Shown piece after piece: positions 1-7,973 of a DNA stretch of 64,000 nucleotides (positions are counted from its first letter, which is position 1; the number at the start of each line of letters is the position of its first letter). The stretch is taken from sequence record MT586120.1; one strand, given 5' to 3'. The position numbers and the translations under genes were made by a program. Below the pieces are notes generated by a model. That model did not search any database. It was given only the letters and a program-made list of their open reading frames with translations, and had not been told where the DNA came from.

Positions 1-1
1 A

Positions 2-496
2 GACAACTACACACAGCCCGAGAGGACGTGTAATTCATCCGCTTGTGCTATGGCTTTGGAATACTTCAAGCCAGGTACTCTACACGGTCCTAAAGGCGAT
101 GATGAGTATATTAGGGAGGTCTTCCAAGTAGGAGATACTACCGACCATTGGGTACAGACAGAGATTTTAAGAAATCACGGCATTGAATCTACATTCAAAT
201 ATGATTTAGATTTTGATGACCTTGATAAAGAATTAGAAAACCGTAGACCTGTTGTTATTGGTATCCTCCACAGGGGACCTCTATATGCCCCGTCAGGCGG
301 TCATATGATTGTTGTGATTGGTAGAACCGAGAAAGGTGACTACATCGTTCACGACCCATATGGAGACCTCTACGATGGATATACAAGCACCGTATATAAT
401 GGTAGCTCTGCTGTATACGAAAGAAGAGTATTAGAAAAGAGATGGACGTGCGACGGTAGTCGTTCAGGATGGGGTAGAGTTTTTTTTCCACAGTAG
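2..496 (+). CDS. Peptidase C39-like (papain-fold) domain, 5'-truncated by the window edge
   Basis: Frame is open from base 2: DNYTQPERTCNSSACAMALEY (catalytic Cys motif), then GGHMIVVIG (His) and HDPYG (Asp). The track's ATG at 50 lies downstream of the Cys, so it is not the true start. Confidence 0.7.
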   Translation, partial: DNYTQPERTCNSSACAMALEYFKPGTLHGPKGDDEYIREVFQVGDTTDHWVQTEILRNHGIESTFKYDLDFDDLDKELENRRPVVIGILHRGPLYAPSGGHMIVVIGRTEKGDYIVHDPYGDLYDGYTSTVYNGSSAVYERRVLEKRWTCDGSRSGWGRVFFPQ

Positions 497-1005
497 AACC
501 ACCTAACTCTATCTTAGGGGTTCTACCAAATTCAGGCATACAACTAATCAAAGAATTTGAGGGGCTTCACGTCCTAAGAAACGATGGGTATATTCATGCC
601 TATCCAGACCCACTCTCAGGAAATCTACCAATCACTATTGGCTGGGGTTCCACTAGAAAGCTGAATGGTTATCCGTTCAAGCTTGGAGATAAAATAACCA
701 GGTCTGATGCTGATGAATTACTAATAAATCAGTTGAAGGATGAATACTTATCTACTCTAGAAAGAGAAGTACCTTACTGGAGAGAAATGAACGACAACCA
801 GAGAGGAGCTTTGTTGAGCTTCGCATATAATCTGGGAGCACATTTCTATGGTAGTGCTGGTTTCAGCACAATAAGCCGTGTTCTTCGGGAAAAGGAGTGG
901 AATAAAGTCCCTGATGCGCTATACTTATACCGAAACCCAGGCACAAGCGTAGAGGCAGGCTTGACCCGCAGACGCATTGCCGAAGGTGATCTTTGGAAAT
1001 CTTAA
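478..1005 (+). CDS. GH24 (phage lysozyme) domain with no start codon of its own; probably reached by -1 frameshift from the upstream ORF
   Basis: Frame 1 is open 478-1005: GIQLIKEFEG...AYPDPLSGNLPITIGWG...QRGALLSFAYNLG...GLTRRRIAEGDLW. No in-frame ATG/GTG/TTG before TTG 733, which is downstream of the catalytic Glu. Confidence 0.85.
   Translation, partial: SFFSTVEPPNSILGVLPNSGIQLIKEFEGLHVLRNDGYIHAYPDPLSGNLPITIGWGSTRKLNGYPFKLGDKITRSDADELLINQLKDEYLSTLEREVPYWREMNDNQRGALLSFAYNLGAHFYGSAGFSTISRVLREKEWNKVPDALYLYRNPGTSVEAGLTRRRIAEGDLWKS
481..526 (+). promoter_or_regulatory. Candidate -1 programmed ribosomal frameshift signal (slippery heptamer plus hairpin)
   Basis: T_TTT_TTT at 481-487 in the C39 frame, 5-nt spacer, then hairpin GTAGAACC-A-CCTAA / TTAGG-GGTTCTAC (493-526; 13 bp, one bulge, 7-nt loop). 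Confidence 0.6.
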
Positions 1006-1006
1006 T

Positions 1007-1426
1007 ATGTTATTACCACTGTTTAAAGAAAGGTTCCAGGGCTTCTGGAACAACCAACGCCAAGCATACAATGACCCTCGGGGGCAGGCATTAGTTCATG
1101 TTATCCATGAGTTTGATGTTGATAGGTATCTATGTTCTTATAGGTATCGCCGTCAAAAAAATCCATACAGATATTTTGAAGCAACATTACACGATAACGA
1201 TGGTCAGGTTATTTTAAAAAACCCCGTCCACGATATTATGTTTTATGTTCAGAATGGATGTTTTGTAACCAAGTCTAATTTCATTAGCCGTGGTGTGCGT
1301 TATATCAATGAAGCCTATCTAGGTGAAAACTATTACCACGTCAAAGACCAAGGTTTTGATTTAAAAACTGGGAAGCAAATTTGGGGTCTTGAAGGTGATA
1401 ACTTCTATGAGTTTGATAGGACTTAA
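1007..1426 (+). CDS. cpeT: CpcT/CpeT (T-type) phycobilin lyase
   Basis: GFWNNQRQAYNDP, NPYR, DQGFDLKTGKQIWG...YEF motifs typical of cyanophage CpeT; ATG 1007 follows the lysozyme stop. Confidence 0.75.
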   Translation: MLLPLFKERFQGFWNNQRQAYNDPRGQALVHVIHEFDVDRYLCSYRYRRQKNPYRYFEATLHDNDGQVILKNPVHDIMFYVQNGCFVTKSNFISRGVRYINEAYLGENYYHVKDQGFDLKTGKQIWGLEGDNFYEFDRT

Positions 1427-1501
1427 TCCTCTCTTCTAAATATTTGATGCAGTCGTCTAAGTTGTTAATTCTTTTGTAATCCATAAGTAGACGCTTATAG
1501 T

Positions 1502-1545
1502 ACTGTCACACATCGCATATTATATGCGAGTTCATATGCTATTAT
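1502..1545 (+). promoter_or_regulatory. Early-type promoter: ACTGTCAC motif, palindrome, extended -10
   Basis: ACTGTCACAC 1502-1511, TCGCATAT-T-ATATGCGA 1513-1529, TGCTATTAT 1537-1545. Confidence 0.5.
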
Positions 1546-1621
1546 TTATATGTTCTTTAATTGAACCGTGGTGTGTTGAGGGGGTTGTTCCCCCATCAAA
1601 TGTCGAATTCTATTACTTAAC

Positions 1622-2245
1622 TTGAAATTACTTACTCAATTTGCAGCAGTTGCAACTTCACTAACTCTGTCTAGCCTAGCTACATCAACTGTCCCTCAGC
1701 TACCCGCTATGGCAGTTGAGACCGAAGAAAAGGCTACTGTTGTTGAAGCTGAGCCTGTTGTAGAAACTGAAACGCGGTGGGTTCTCCCTACAGCTAATCA
1801 TGCAGAGACTAAAGTTCTCAATGCATTACAAGATCGTGGTATTGAAGACCGAAATGCTCTTGCTACTGTTATGGGAAACATCAAGCAAGAGTCAAAGTTT
1901 AACTCCAACATCTGTGAAGGTGGTGCTCGGGTGTCTTATCATGGTTGCCGTAGTGGTGGTTATGGTCTAATTCAATGGACCAGCATTGGACGCTATCGTG
2001 GTTTAGGTAGTCACGCTTATCGTATTGGGATGGATCCGTCCACGGTAGATGCTCAAATTTCGTTTCTCTTTACCGAAAGGCAATGGAGAGGAATCGAGCC
2101 ATCACTCAAAACCAATGGTCAAAGCATTGGTTTCTATATGGGAAAAACATATTACTGGCTTGGCTGGGGTATACATGGTAATCGTACTACTTACGCTTAT
2201 CAATATGCTTCAAGGCTTACTAGCATTGAGGTTCCCGTCACATAA
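1622..2245 (+). CDS. Putative exported cell-wall hydrolase (phage tail lysozyme-like)
   Basis: TTG start; hydrophobic N-terminus ending AMA (signal peptide-like); ALATVMGNIKQES...GGYGLIQWT motif. Confidence 0.6.
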   Translation: MKLLTQFAAVATSLTLSSLATSTVPQLPAMAVETEEKATVVEAEPVVETETRWVLPTANHAETKVLNALQDRGIEDRNALATVMGNIKQESKFNSNICEGGARVSYHGCRSGGYGLIQWTSIGRYRGLGSHAYRIGMDPSTVDAQISFLFTERQWRGIEPSLKTNGQSIGFYMGKTYYWLGWGIHGNRTTYAYQYASRLTSIEVPVT

Positions 2246-2267
2246 ATAATGCAGCTTATGCTTTTCT

Positions 2268-2654
2268 ATGGGACCTAAGTATGATGTCGAATTCTATTTT
2301 GGAGTTCGACCTGTAAGAACAATTCATTTATACATAACTGCCATCTTTTTGAGCTTGGCAGTTAGTTTAATATCTCATTACACAAAAGCAGATAAAAAAA
2401 ATCTCTGGCTTATTGTTGATGAGATAGGAAAAAAGTATAACATTAGAGTTATTAACAAACTAATCCTTTCTGTTCCTGAACTTTTATCAGGACGTATTGA
2501 CAATGAGATTGATAAAGCTATTGATGAATACAATAGTGTGCTAGAATTAGAAGAACCTCATAACACACCAATCTTTACAGAAGAAAGTGAAGGTGAAACT
2601 TCTCTTGGTGGTGAAATGAGACTTCGTTCTCCCTGGAATACAACTGACGATTAA
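2268..2654 (+). CDS. Hypothetical membrane-anchored cyanophage protein
   Basis: 128-aa ORF, one hydrophobic segment, acidic C-terminus. Confidence 0.65.
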   Translation: MGPKYDVEFYFGVRPVRTIHLYITAIFLSLAVSLISHYTKADKKNLWLIVDEIGKKYNIRVINKLILSVPELLSGRIDNEIDKAIDEYNSVLELEEPHNTPIFTEESEGETSLGGEMRLRSPWNTTDD

Positions 2655-2659
2655 TTATT

Positions 2660-2821
2660 ATGTCACGCTACGATCAAATTTTAAAAAATCTAAAAGAAGC
2701 AATCTCCAATCCCCATCTATACAATGAGGAAGAGATTCGTTTTATGAAGACACAGCTTCGCGAACTAACAGAATCAAAGCAACAATTTCTAAGAGAAGAT
2801 AAGAATGGATTTGGCTCTTAA
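2660..2821 (+). CDS. Small hypothetical protein (53 aa, not in track)
   Basis: MSRYDQILKNLKEAISNPHLYNEEEIRFMKTQLRELTESKQQFLREDKNGFGS; fills the gap and overlaps the def start. Confidence 0.65.
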   Translation: MSRYDQILKNLKEAISNPHLYNEEEIRFMKTQLRELTESKQQFLREDKNGFGS

Positions 2822-3242
2822 AATTGTAGGTGAAACTTGCCTTACTGAACCATCAATAGTAATTGATGAAATTACTGACGATATTATCAATCTCTCCAAC
2901 AAAATGAAAGAGAAGATGGTTCAGTGGGACGGTATAGGATTAGCTGCACCTCAAGTTGGACACAACATCCGTCTTATTGTTATTCGTTTCAGCAGCGGCA
3001 AAATACAGGAAATGATTAATCCTAGGATTAGTTGGACTTCTGAAGTGCGAAAGAAAAGCCAAGAGGGATGCCTAAGCATTCCAGGAGAAACTATTTGGGT
3101 TGAAAGACCATCTAAGGTCCGTGTGAAATTTCAGACTGCCGAAGGTGAGTTTAGATACTGGTGTCTCCATAAGATGGATGCCCGAGTATTCTTACACGAG
3201 TATGATCACCTTGAAGGTATTTTAATGACTGACCGACTATGA
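2805..3242 (+). CDS. def: Peptide deformylase
   Basis: GIGLAAPQVG, EGCLSIP and HEYDHLEG motifs. Confidence 0.95.
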   Translation: MDLALKIVGETCLTEPSIVIDEITDDIINLSNKMKEKMVQWDGIGLAAPQVGHNIRLIVIRFSSGKIQEMINPRISWTSEVRKKSQEGCLSIPGETIWVERPSKVRVKFQTAEGEFRYWCLHKMDARVFLHEYDHLEGILMTDRL

Positions 3243-3382
3243 GTTACTGGGAATTAGAAACAGAAGAATGGGAAACTGTCCCTGATAATTATGATGGTGC
3301 CGAGAGTATCACAGTTCGTGGTAGGCTTGAGCACCTAGAAAGATCATATTGTATTGAGTTTCGTTACGAAGAGTATGAGTAG
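3239..3382 (+). CDS. Small acidic hypothetical protein (47 aa, not in track)
   Basis: ATGA overlap with def stop; MSYWELETEEWETVPDNYDG... Confidence 0.5.
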   Translation: MSYWELETEEWETVPDNYDGAESITVRGRLEHLERSYCIEFRYEEYE

Positions 3383-3437
3383 ATACAACATTATCTATAC
3401 TATACTATATAATACATACACCATTATTATTAATTAA

Positions 3438-3761
3438 ATGGAAGAACGTGAATTTAGCGACCTGAAGATGGAACGTAAGGAGTGCGGCAAGTGCGGCGCT
3501 ACTTGGATCAACGGTCAGCATATGTGGCATACCGGAAACAAAGGAAGTGAAGCAGACCTTGCCGGTCTTGTCTGTAATAAACTAGGTGACTCTCAGTGTA
3601 TCAACCCACTACGTGGCGATGAGAGTGGTGATACTTGGGAAGTCCGCGAAGGAGATCTTAGAGTTGGTTTCGATGCGAAGCGCGACCGTATGGAAGACCA
3701 GAGAGCACGTTTCAAGGAAGAGTATGGTGAAGACCCACACTTTGACGATCCACTTAAGTAA
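3438..3761 (+). CDS. Conserved cyanophage hypothetical protein, Cys-rich
   Basis: CGKCGATWINGQH...LAGLVCN...CINP pattern. Confidence 0.75.
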   Translation: MEEREFSDLKMERKECGKCGATWINGQHMWHTGNKGSEADLAGLVCNKLGDSQCINPLRGDESGDTWEVREGDLRVGFDAKRDRMEDQRARFKEEYGEDPHFDDPLK

Positions 3762-3806
3762 GTCTTAATTATGTGAAGCGATTAGCACACAGTAAACGCT
3801 TCATAA

Positions 3807-3851
3807 ACTGGCACACCACTCTTTGCATGGGGTGGTTTTTTATTGTATGAT
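3807..3851 (+). promoter_or_regulatory. Terminator hairpin fused to an early-type promoter
   Basis: ACTGGCACAC 3807, stem ACCACTC/GGGGTGGT, T-run, TATGAT 3846-3851. Confidence 0.5.
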
Positions 3852-3872
3852 GACTACAGTTCAAACAAACTA

Positions 3873-4094
3873 ATGACTAATTTTATCTTGGATAAAGTTG
3901 CACCACCTGTCTTTTTTTTGGTGGTTGGTTTTGCCGCTATTTCTTCTTTATTGCACTGGATTATGGATCCTATTCAAGCTACTGATGAGTTACAAACCAT
4001 TCTCAAGAATGAATGTGGTATGGAATACTCTACACAAGAGGTTAGGAGAAACGGTAAAAATCTTTCACGCATTTGTGGACTGAAAAAGAACTGA
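3873..4094 (+). CDS. Hypothetical membrane protein
   Basis: Track ORF 3843..4094; ATG 3873 preferred because the -10 box overlaps 3846; one TM segment. Confidence 0.55.
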   Translation: MTNFILDKVAPPVFFLVVGFAAISSLLHWIMDPIQATDELQTILKNECGMEYSTQEVRRNGKNLSRICGLKKN

Positions 4095-4149
4095 CCCCTT
4101 CACAAACCCCCATTAACCTGCTATAATAACTAGGTAATCAATCAAGGAT

Positions 4150-4365
4150 ATGAGCCAACTCAGAACCAAGTTTCGTAAGTCTATCGGAATCTTCCAAGAT
4201 GCCGTTAACCGAACCATCGAGTTAGACTACTCTCAACCCAAGCTATATAAGAAGGTAAAGCGATTTTATGAAGAAGAAGGAGTTCGCTTCACAGGCGACT
4301 CCGTTGAAGACTACCAAATCATTTTAGATTGCATTCAAGAAGACCTTACCGTAGGTGCTGTTTAA
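4150..4365 (+). CDS. Conserved cyanophage hypothetical protein
   Basis: 71 aa; TGCTATAAT at 4119-4127 and AAGGA before the ATG. Confidence 0.75.
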   Translation: MSQLRTKFRKSIGIFQDAVNRTIELDYSQPKLYKKVKRFYEEEGVRFTGDSVEDYQIILDCIQEDLTVGAV

Positions 4366-4604
4366 TGAAAACATTACTAGAACGCGAAGGTTACAGGTTT
4401 GTCGAAGCTGGTATTATCGAACTAAATGGTAAGCCAGATTATCGTCTCCAAAAACAAGACTTCTATACGAAGCGTTGGAATGACGAGTATCTATTCGATA
4501 ATCAAATGCAATGTAGTATTGCTATGGAAGATATAGAGTATGCAAAATGGCTCTGTGGTGATCCAGCATACGTGAGAGATGTAGTAGTTAGTCCATATAA
4601 CTAG
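4365..4604 (+). CDS. Conserved cyanophage hypothetical protein
   Basis: TAATG coupling with previous gene; MKTLLEREGYRFVEAGIIELNGKPDYRLQK. Confidence 0.7.
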   Translation: MKTLLEREGYRFVEAGIIELNGKPDYRLQKQDFYTKRWNDEYLFDNQMQCSIAMEDIEYAKWLCGDPAYVRDVVVSPYN

Positions 4605-4637
4605 TCTCGGTAAGACTATAAAAGAGACCTAACCGAG
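4602..4637 (+). ncRNA. Pseudoknot module (possible detached 5' part of a manA/wcaG-like RNA)
   Basis: Stem TAGTC/GACTA (4602-06/4614-18); loop TCGGT can pair with ACCGA 4632-36. Confidence 0.4.
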
Positions 4638-4656
4638 TCCTCTTACTTTTACTCCA

Positions 4657-4881
4657 ATGAAAGCCACATCTTTTTTACGCTACATCGGAAATACATTACT
4701 CGTAATAGGACATTTCACACTACTCTGGGGAAGCACAGAGCCTGCATTAATTATCAAAATCATTGGCGGTGCGCTTATTCTTCCCTTTGCCGTAGGTTTA
4801 GCTCTATGGGATGTAGTTGCCTTAGAGTTAGTCTTTGGTTCTATGGACGTTACTAAATTGTATCAAGTCCTAGTTTCTTAG
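4657..4881 (+). CDS. Small membrane protein
   Basis: 74 aa, mostly hydrophobic; stop codon lies inside the next RNA module. Confidence 0.65.
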   Translation: MKATSFLRYIGNTLLVIGHFTLLWGSTEPALIIKIIGGALILPFAVGLALWDVVALELVFGSMDVTKLYQVLVS

Positions 4882-5061
4882 TTCTATAAAAACTAAGTGG
4901 TGGAGTCAACTTGACCCTTATGCCCTTGTCGGATGGGCTTTATAAATGCCGACTGGCGCGTCGTATGCAAAGGTTTCTCACTCTTCCTTAAAGAGTGAGT
5001 GGTGCGGATGATTTCATCGCATGGTTTTGCGATTCCATTTAAAGATCGTATGGCGAGCATG
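4871..5061 (+). ncRNA. Array of four H-type pseudoknots, resembling cyanophage manA/wcaG RNA motifs
   Basis: Stem1/stem2 pairs: TAG/CTA with CTTAGTT/AACTAAG; GCCC/GGGC with GTCGG/CCGAC; AAGG/CCTT with CTCACTCTT/AAGAGTGAG; ATGG/CCAT with TGCGAT/ATCGTA; each followed by TGG; lies upstream of sugar genes. Confidence 0.65.
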
Positions 5062-5088
5062 TTAATATACCCAATCATTTTTTGATGC

Positions 5089-5121
5089 CCCCTTCGGAAA
5101 GGGGTTTTTTTATGCTATAAT
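5089..5121 (+). terminator. Intrinsic terminator fused to extended -10 promoter
   Basis: CCCCTT-CGGA-AAGGGG, T7, then A-TGCTATAAT (5113-5121). Confidence 0.7.
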
Positions 5122-5142
5122 ATATAATGTATTATTTGTGTA

Positions 5143-6018
5143 ATGGTAATGTATCATGAACGTATGAAGTTACGAAAAGATGCTTATTCTAAAAAGTTAG
5201 ACAATGTAACATCGAGGTGCTATTTTGCAAATGGATTTGCAACTAGGATTAAAAATATTGTAAGTTGCCACAGAATTGCAAATAACGTTCAAGTTTATTG
5301 GGATGCAAATTGTAAACCATTTTACTATAAAAAATTAAATGAATACTTCCCTGATCTAGTGGAAACCGATGAGTATGTCTCAAAGACATGGAGACAAGGA
5401 TGGAGATTAGCCACTTTTCCTGGAGAAATTGGGGAAGGTTTTTCAAATAAAGACGCAATTTTTGAAGAGTTTGATAGTCCAATTGTTATCCCATCTCATG
5501 GAAAGGGTCGTTGTATTGATTATGAATATCATAGAATTCCCCAACCAATTATCGATGACTATCTTAAAATATTCTCTGAGTTGAGAATTAAAGATTCTTT
5601 TCTTGAGACTGCGGATAAGTTTGCTAAGGAAAATTTTAATTCTGAAACTGTTTCTGTGCATATTAGAAATTGGGTTGACTTTGCACCTAGAGGAAAAATG
5701 CACACCCTATCTCCCTTCATTGACTTGATGGCAGAGCATCCAACATCAAAGTTTTTTGTTTCTACGGATAGTCCCAATAATATCAAAATCCTAAAAGAAA
5801 CGTTTGGTGATGATCGCATTATTAGCTATTGTGGAACAGATCCATCATTTGATGTCTTTATTGATTTACTTCTCTTATCGAAGAATCGTAATTTAATTGG
5901 TTCTGTAATGAGCACTTTTAGTGAAGTTGCTTGGTGGTTAGGTGAAGCTACGGCAAAGGTTAAAATTGCTTATGGTCCCAAGACAATGAAGTATATGTAC
6001 CCAAAACATCACATTTAA
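5143..6018 (+). CDS. Putative fucosyltransferase-like glycosyltransferase (NodZ/GT23-like GT-B fold)
   Basis: SVHIRNW, FFVSTDSP, DLLLLSK...IGSVMSTFSEVAWWL motifs. Confidence 0.55.
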   Translation: MVMYHERMKLRKDAYSKKLDNVTSRCYFANGFATRIKNIVSCHRIANNVQVYWDANCKPFYYKKLNEYFPDLVETDEYVSKTWRQGWRLATFPGEIGEGFSNKDAIFEEFDSPIVIPSHGKGRCIDYEYHRIPQPIIDDYLKIFSELRIKDSFLETADKFAKENFNSETVSVHIRNWVDFAPRGKMHTLSPFIDLMAEHPTSKFFVSTDSPNNIKILKETFGDDRIISYCGTDPSFDVFIDLLLLSKNRNLIGSVMSTFSEVAWWLGEATAKVKIAYGPKTMKYMYPKHHI

Positions 6019-6058
6019 ACCATTTGTGCTATAATGTATTTGTAGCAATCCATTTGTA

Positions 6059-7060
6059 ATGAAAGTAGCACTTATTACTGGGATCACGGGGCAAGATGGA
6101 TCTTACCTAGCTGAACTTCTCCTCCAAAAAGGATATACAGTTCACGGTATTATCCGTCGTGCTTCTATGATTAACACCCACAGAATTGACCATATCTTTG
6201 ACCGCATCACTCTCCATTATGGAGACCTTACCGATGCTTTGAGTATCGTATCTATTATTAAAACAGTTCAACCAGATGAAATCTATAACCTAGGGGCTCA
6301 GAGTCACGTTAAGGTTTCATTTGATCAGCCTGAATACACAGCACAGACCGACGCATTGGGCACTCTAAGGGTGCTAGAAGCCGTCCGTCTTCTTGGTATG
6401 GAATCATACGTAAGAATCTACCAAGCGAGCACCAGTGAGCTTTATGGGCTAGTTCAGGAGACACCCCAGAAAGAAACCACTCCAATGTATCCACGATCCC
6501 CTTATGGAGTTGCTAAACTATATGGGTTCTGGATCATCAAAAACTACAGGGAAAGCTATGACATACATGCCTCTAGCGGTATTCTATTCAATCACGAAAG
6601 CTCACGCAGAGGAGAGACGTTCGTCACACGCAAGATCGTCCGAGCCTTGTCCCGAATTAGTGTGGGACTCCAAAGTGATCTACAGCTTGGAAACCTCAAT
6701 GCCCGACGTGACTGGGGACACGCCAAAGACTACGTAGAGGCTATGTGGTTGATGCTTCAGCAAGAGAAGCCAGATGATTATGTGATCGCAACTGGTGAGC
6801 AGTATTCTGTAAAGGACTTTGTTAATGCTGCAGCACCATACTTTGGGTTCAATATTGAATGGAGAGGTGAAGGTCTTGATGAGTTTGGATTCTGTCTCAA
6901 TACTGGTAGAACAGTTGTAAAAGTCAATCCTAAATATTTCAGACCCGCAGAAGTAGAAACTCTTCTCGGTGATCCCACTAAAGCAAAGGAAGTTCTTGGA
7001 TGGACTCCTACTTATACATTTAATGAACTAGTTGAAGAGATGGTACTTAATGGACAATAA
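6059..7060 (+). CDS. gmd: GDP-mannose 4,6-dehydratase
   Basis: [44 protein letters not shown]. Confidence 0.97.
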   Translation: MKVALITGITGQDGSYLAELLLQKGYTVHGIIRRASMINTHRIDHIFDRITLHYGDLTDALSIVSIIKTVQPDEIYNLGAQSHVKVSFDQPEYTAQTDALGTLRVLEAVRLLGMESYVRIYQASTSELYGLVQETPQKETTPMYPRSPYGVAKLYGFWIIKNYRESYDIHASSGILFNHESSRRGETFVTRKIVRALSRISVGLQSDLQLGNLNARRDWGHAKDYVEAMWLMLQQEKPDDYVIATGEQYSVKDFVNAAAPYFGFNIEWRGEGLDEFGFCLNTGRTVVKVNPKYFRPAEVETLLGDPTKAKEVLGWTPTYTFNELVEEMVLNGQ

Positions 7061-7973
7061 TTCCACAGTTGCAATTTTTGGGTCTGGTGGTCTAGCTGGA
7101 GGAGCAATCACCAGACAGTTTATAAACAAAAGACATAAACTACTACTACCCCGCAGTAAAGATTTAGATTTACGAGAACAAGCTGATGTTCGTGCTTGGT
7201 TCAAAGCCAATAAAGTTGATTATGTAATCCTAGCTGCTGCCCTAGTCGGCGGCATTATGGCTAACAAGACTCGCAAAGCGGAGTTCTTACACGACAATCT
7301 AATGATGCAGTGTAATGTAATTGACTCTGCTTACTATTCAGGTGTTAAGAAGCTCCTATTCCTAGGAACATCTTGCATCTATCCTGCTGGACGCCAACAC
7401 CCACTAAAAGAAAATGAACTCCTTACGGGGGCTCTTGAGCCTACTAACGACGCTTACGCCATCGCAAAGATCGCAGGAATCAAACAATGTGACTTCTACA
7501 GGGAGCAATATGGATTTGATGCTATCTCTATTATGCCTCCTAATCTATATGGTCCTGGAGACAATTTCCACGAGGGATCAGGTCACGTCCTCGCATCGTT
7601 GATGAACCGCTTCCACAACGCCAAGGTGGCTGGTGAAGCCACTGTAGCTTGCTGGGGTGACGGAACACCTATGAGAGAGTTTCTCTTCTCTGAAGACCTA
7701 GCAGAAGCCTGTGCGTTCTTTATGGATAACTACAGTGACTACGGTCACGTCAATGTTGGAACTGGTGAAGACATCACCATCAAACACCTAGCAGAGAGTA
7801 TTGCAAAGGTTGTTGGTTTTGAAGGAGAGATCCTATGGGACACTTCAAAACCAAATGGAAATCCTCGCAAATTACTTGACAGCACTGTGGCTAATGAGTT
7901 AGGATGGAAGCCCAAGACCAGTTTTGAAGATGGTCTACAGAAAACTTACAACTGGTATTTAAACAATGTATGA
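7050..7973 (+). CDS. fcl: GDP-L-fucose synthase / ColC-like epimerase-reductase
   Basis: [43 protein letters not shown]; ATG 7050 preferred over 7032. Confidence 0.9.
   Translation: MDNNSTVAIFGSGGLAGGAITRQFINKRHKLLLPRSKDLDLREQADVRAWFKANKVDYVILAAALVGGIMANKTRKAEFLHDNLMMQCNVIDSAYYSGVKKLLFLGTSCIYPAGRQHPLKENELLTGALEPTNDAYAIAKIAGIKQCDFYREQYGFDAISIMPPNLYGPGDNFHEGSGHVLASLMNRFHNAKVAGEATVACWGDGTPMREFLFSEDLAEACAFFMDNYSDYGHVNVGTGEDITIKHLAESIAKVVGFEGEILWDTSKPNGNPRKLLDSTVANELGWKPKTSFEDGLQKTYNWYLNNV

Noticed and set aside
255-551. Minus-strand 98-aa ORF
   Set aside because: Antisense to two clearly coding + frames; no recognisable motif.
733-1005. Track ORF as a stand-alone 90-aa lysozyme
   Set aside because: TTG 733 is downstream of the catalytic E/D/T region; the domain starts near 530.
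1600-2298. 15-nt direct repeat ATGTCGAATTCTATT at 1600 and 2284 flanking the hydrolase gene
   Set aside because: Single short AT-rich match, one copy inside coding sequence; cannot be separated from chance without relatives.
4893-5078. Minus-strand 61-aa ORF
   Set aside because: Coincides with the pseudoknot array; the base-pairing pattern explains the region better.
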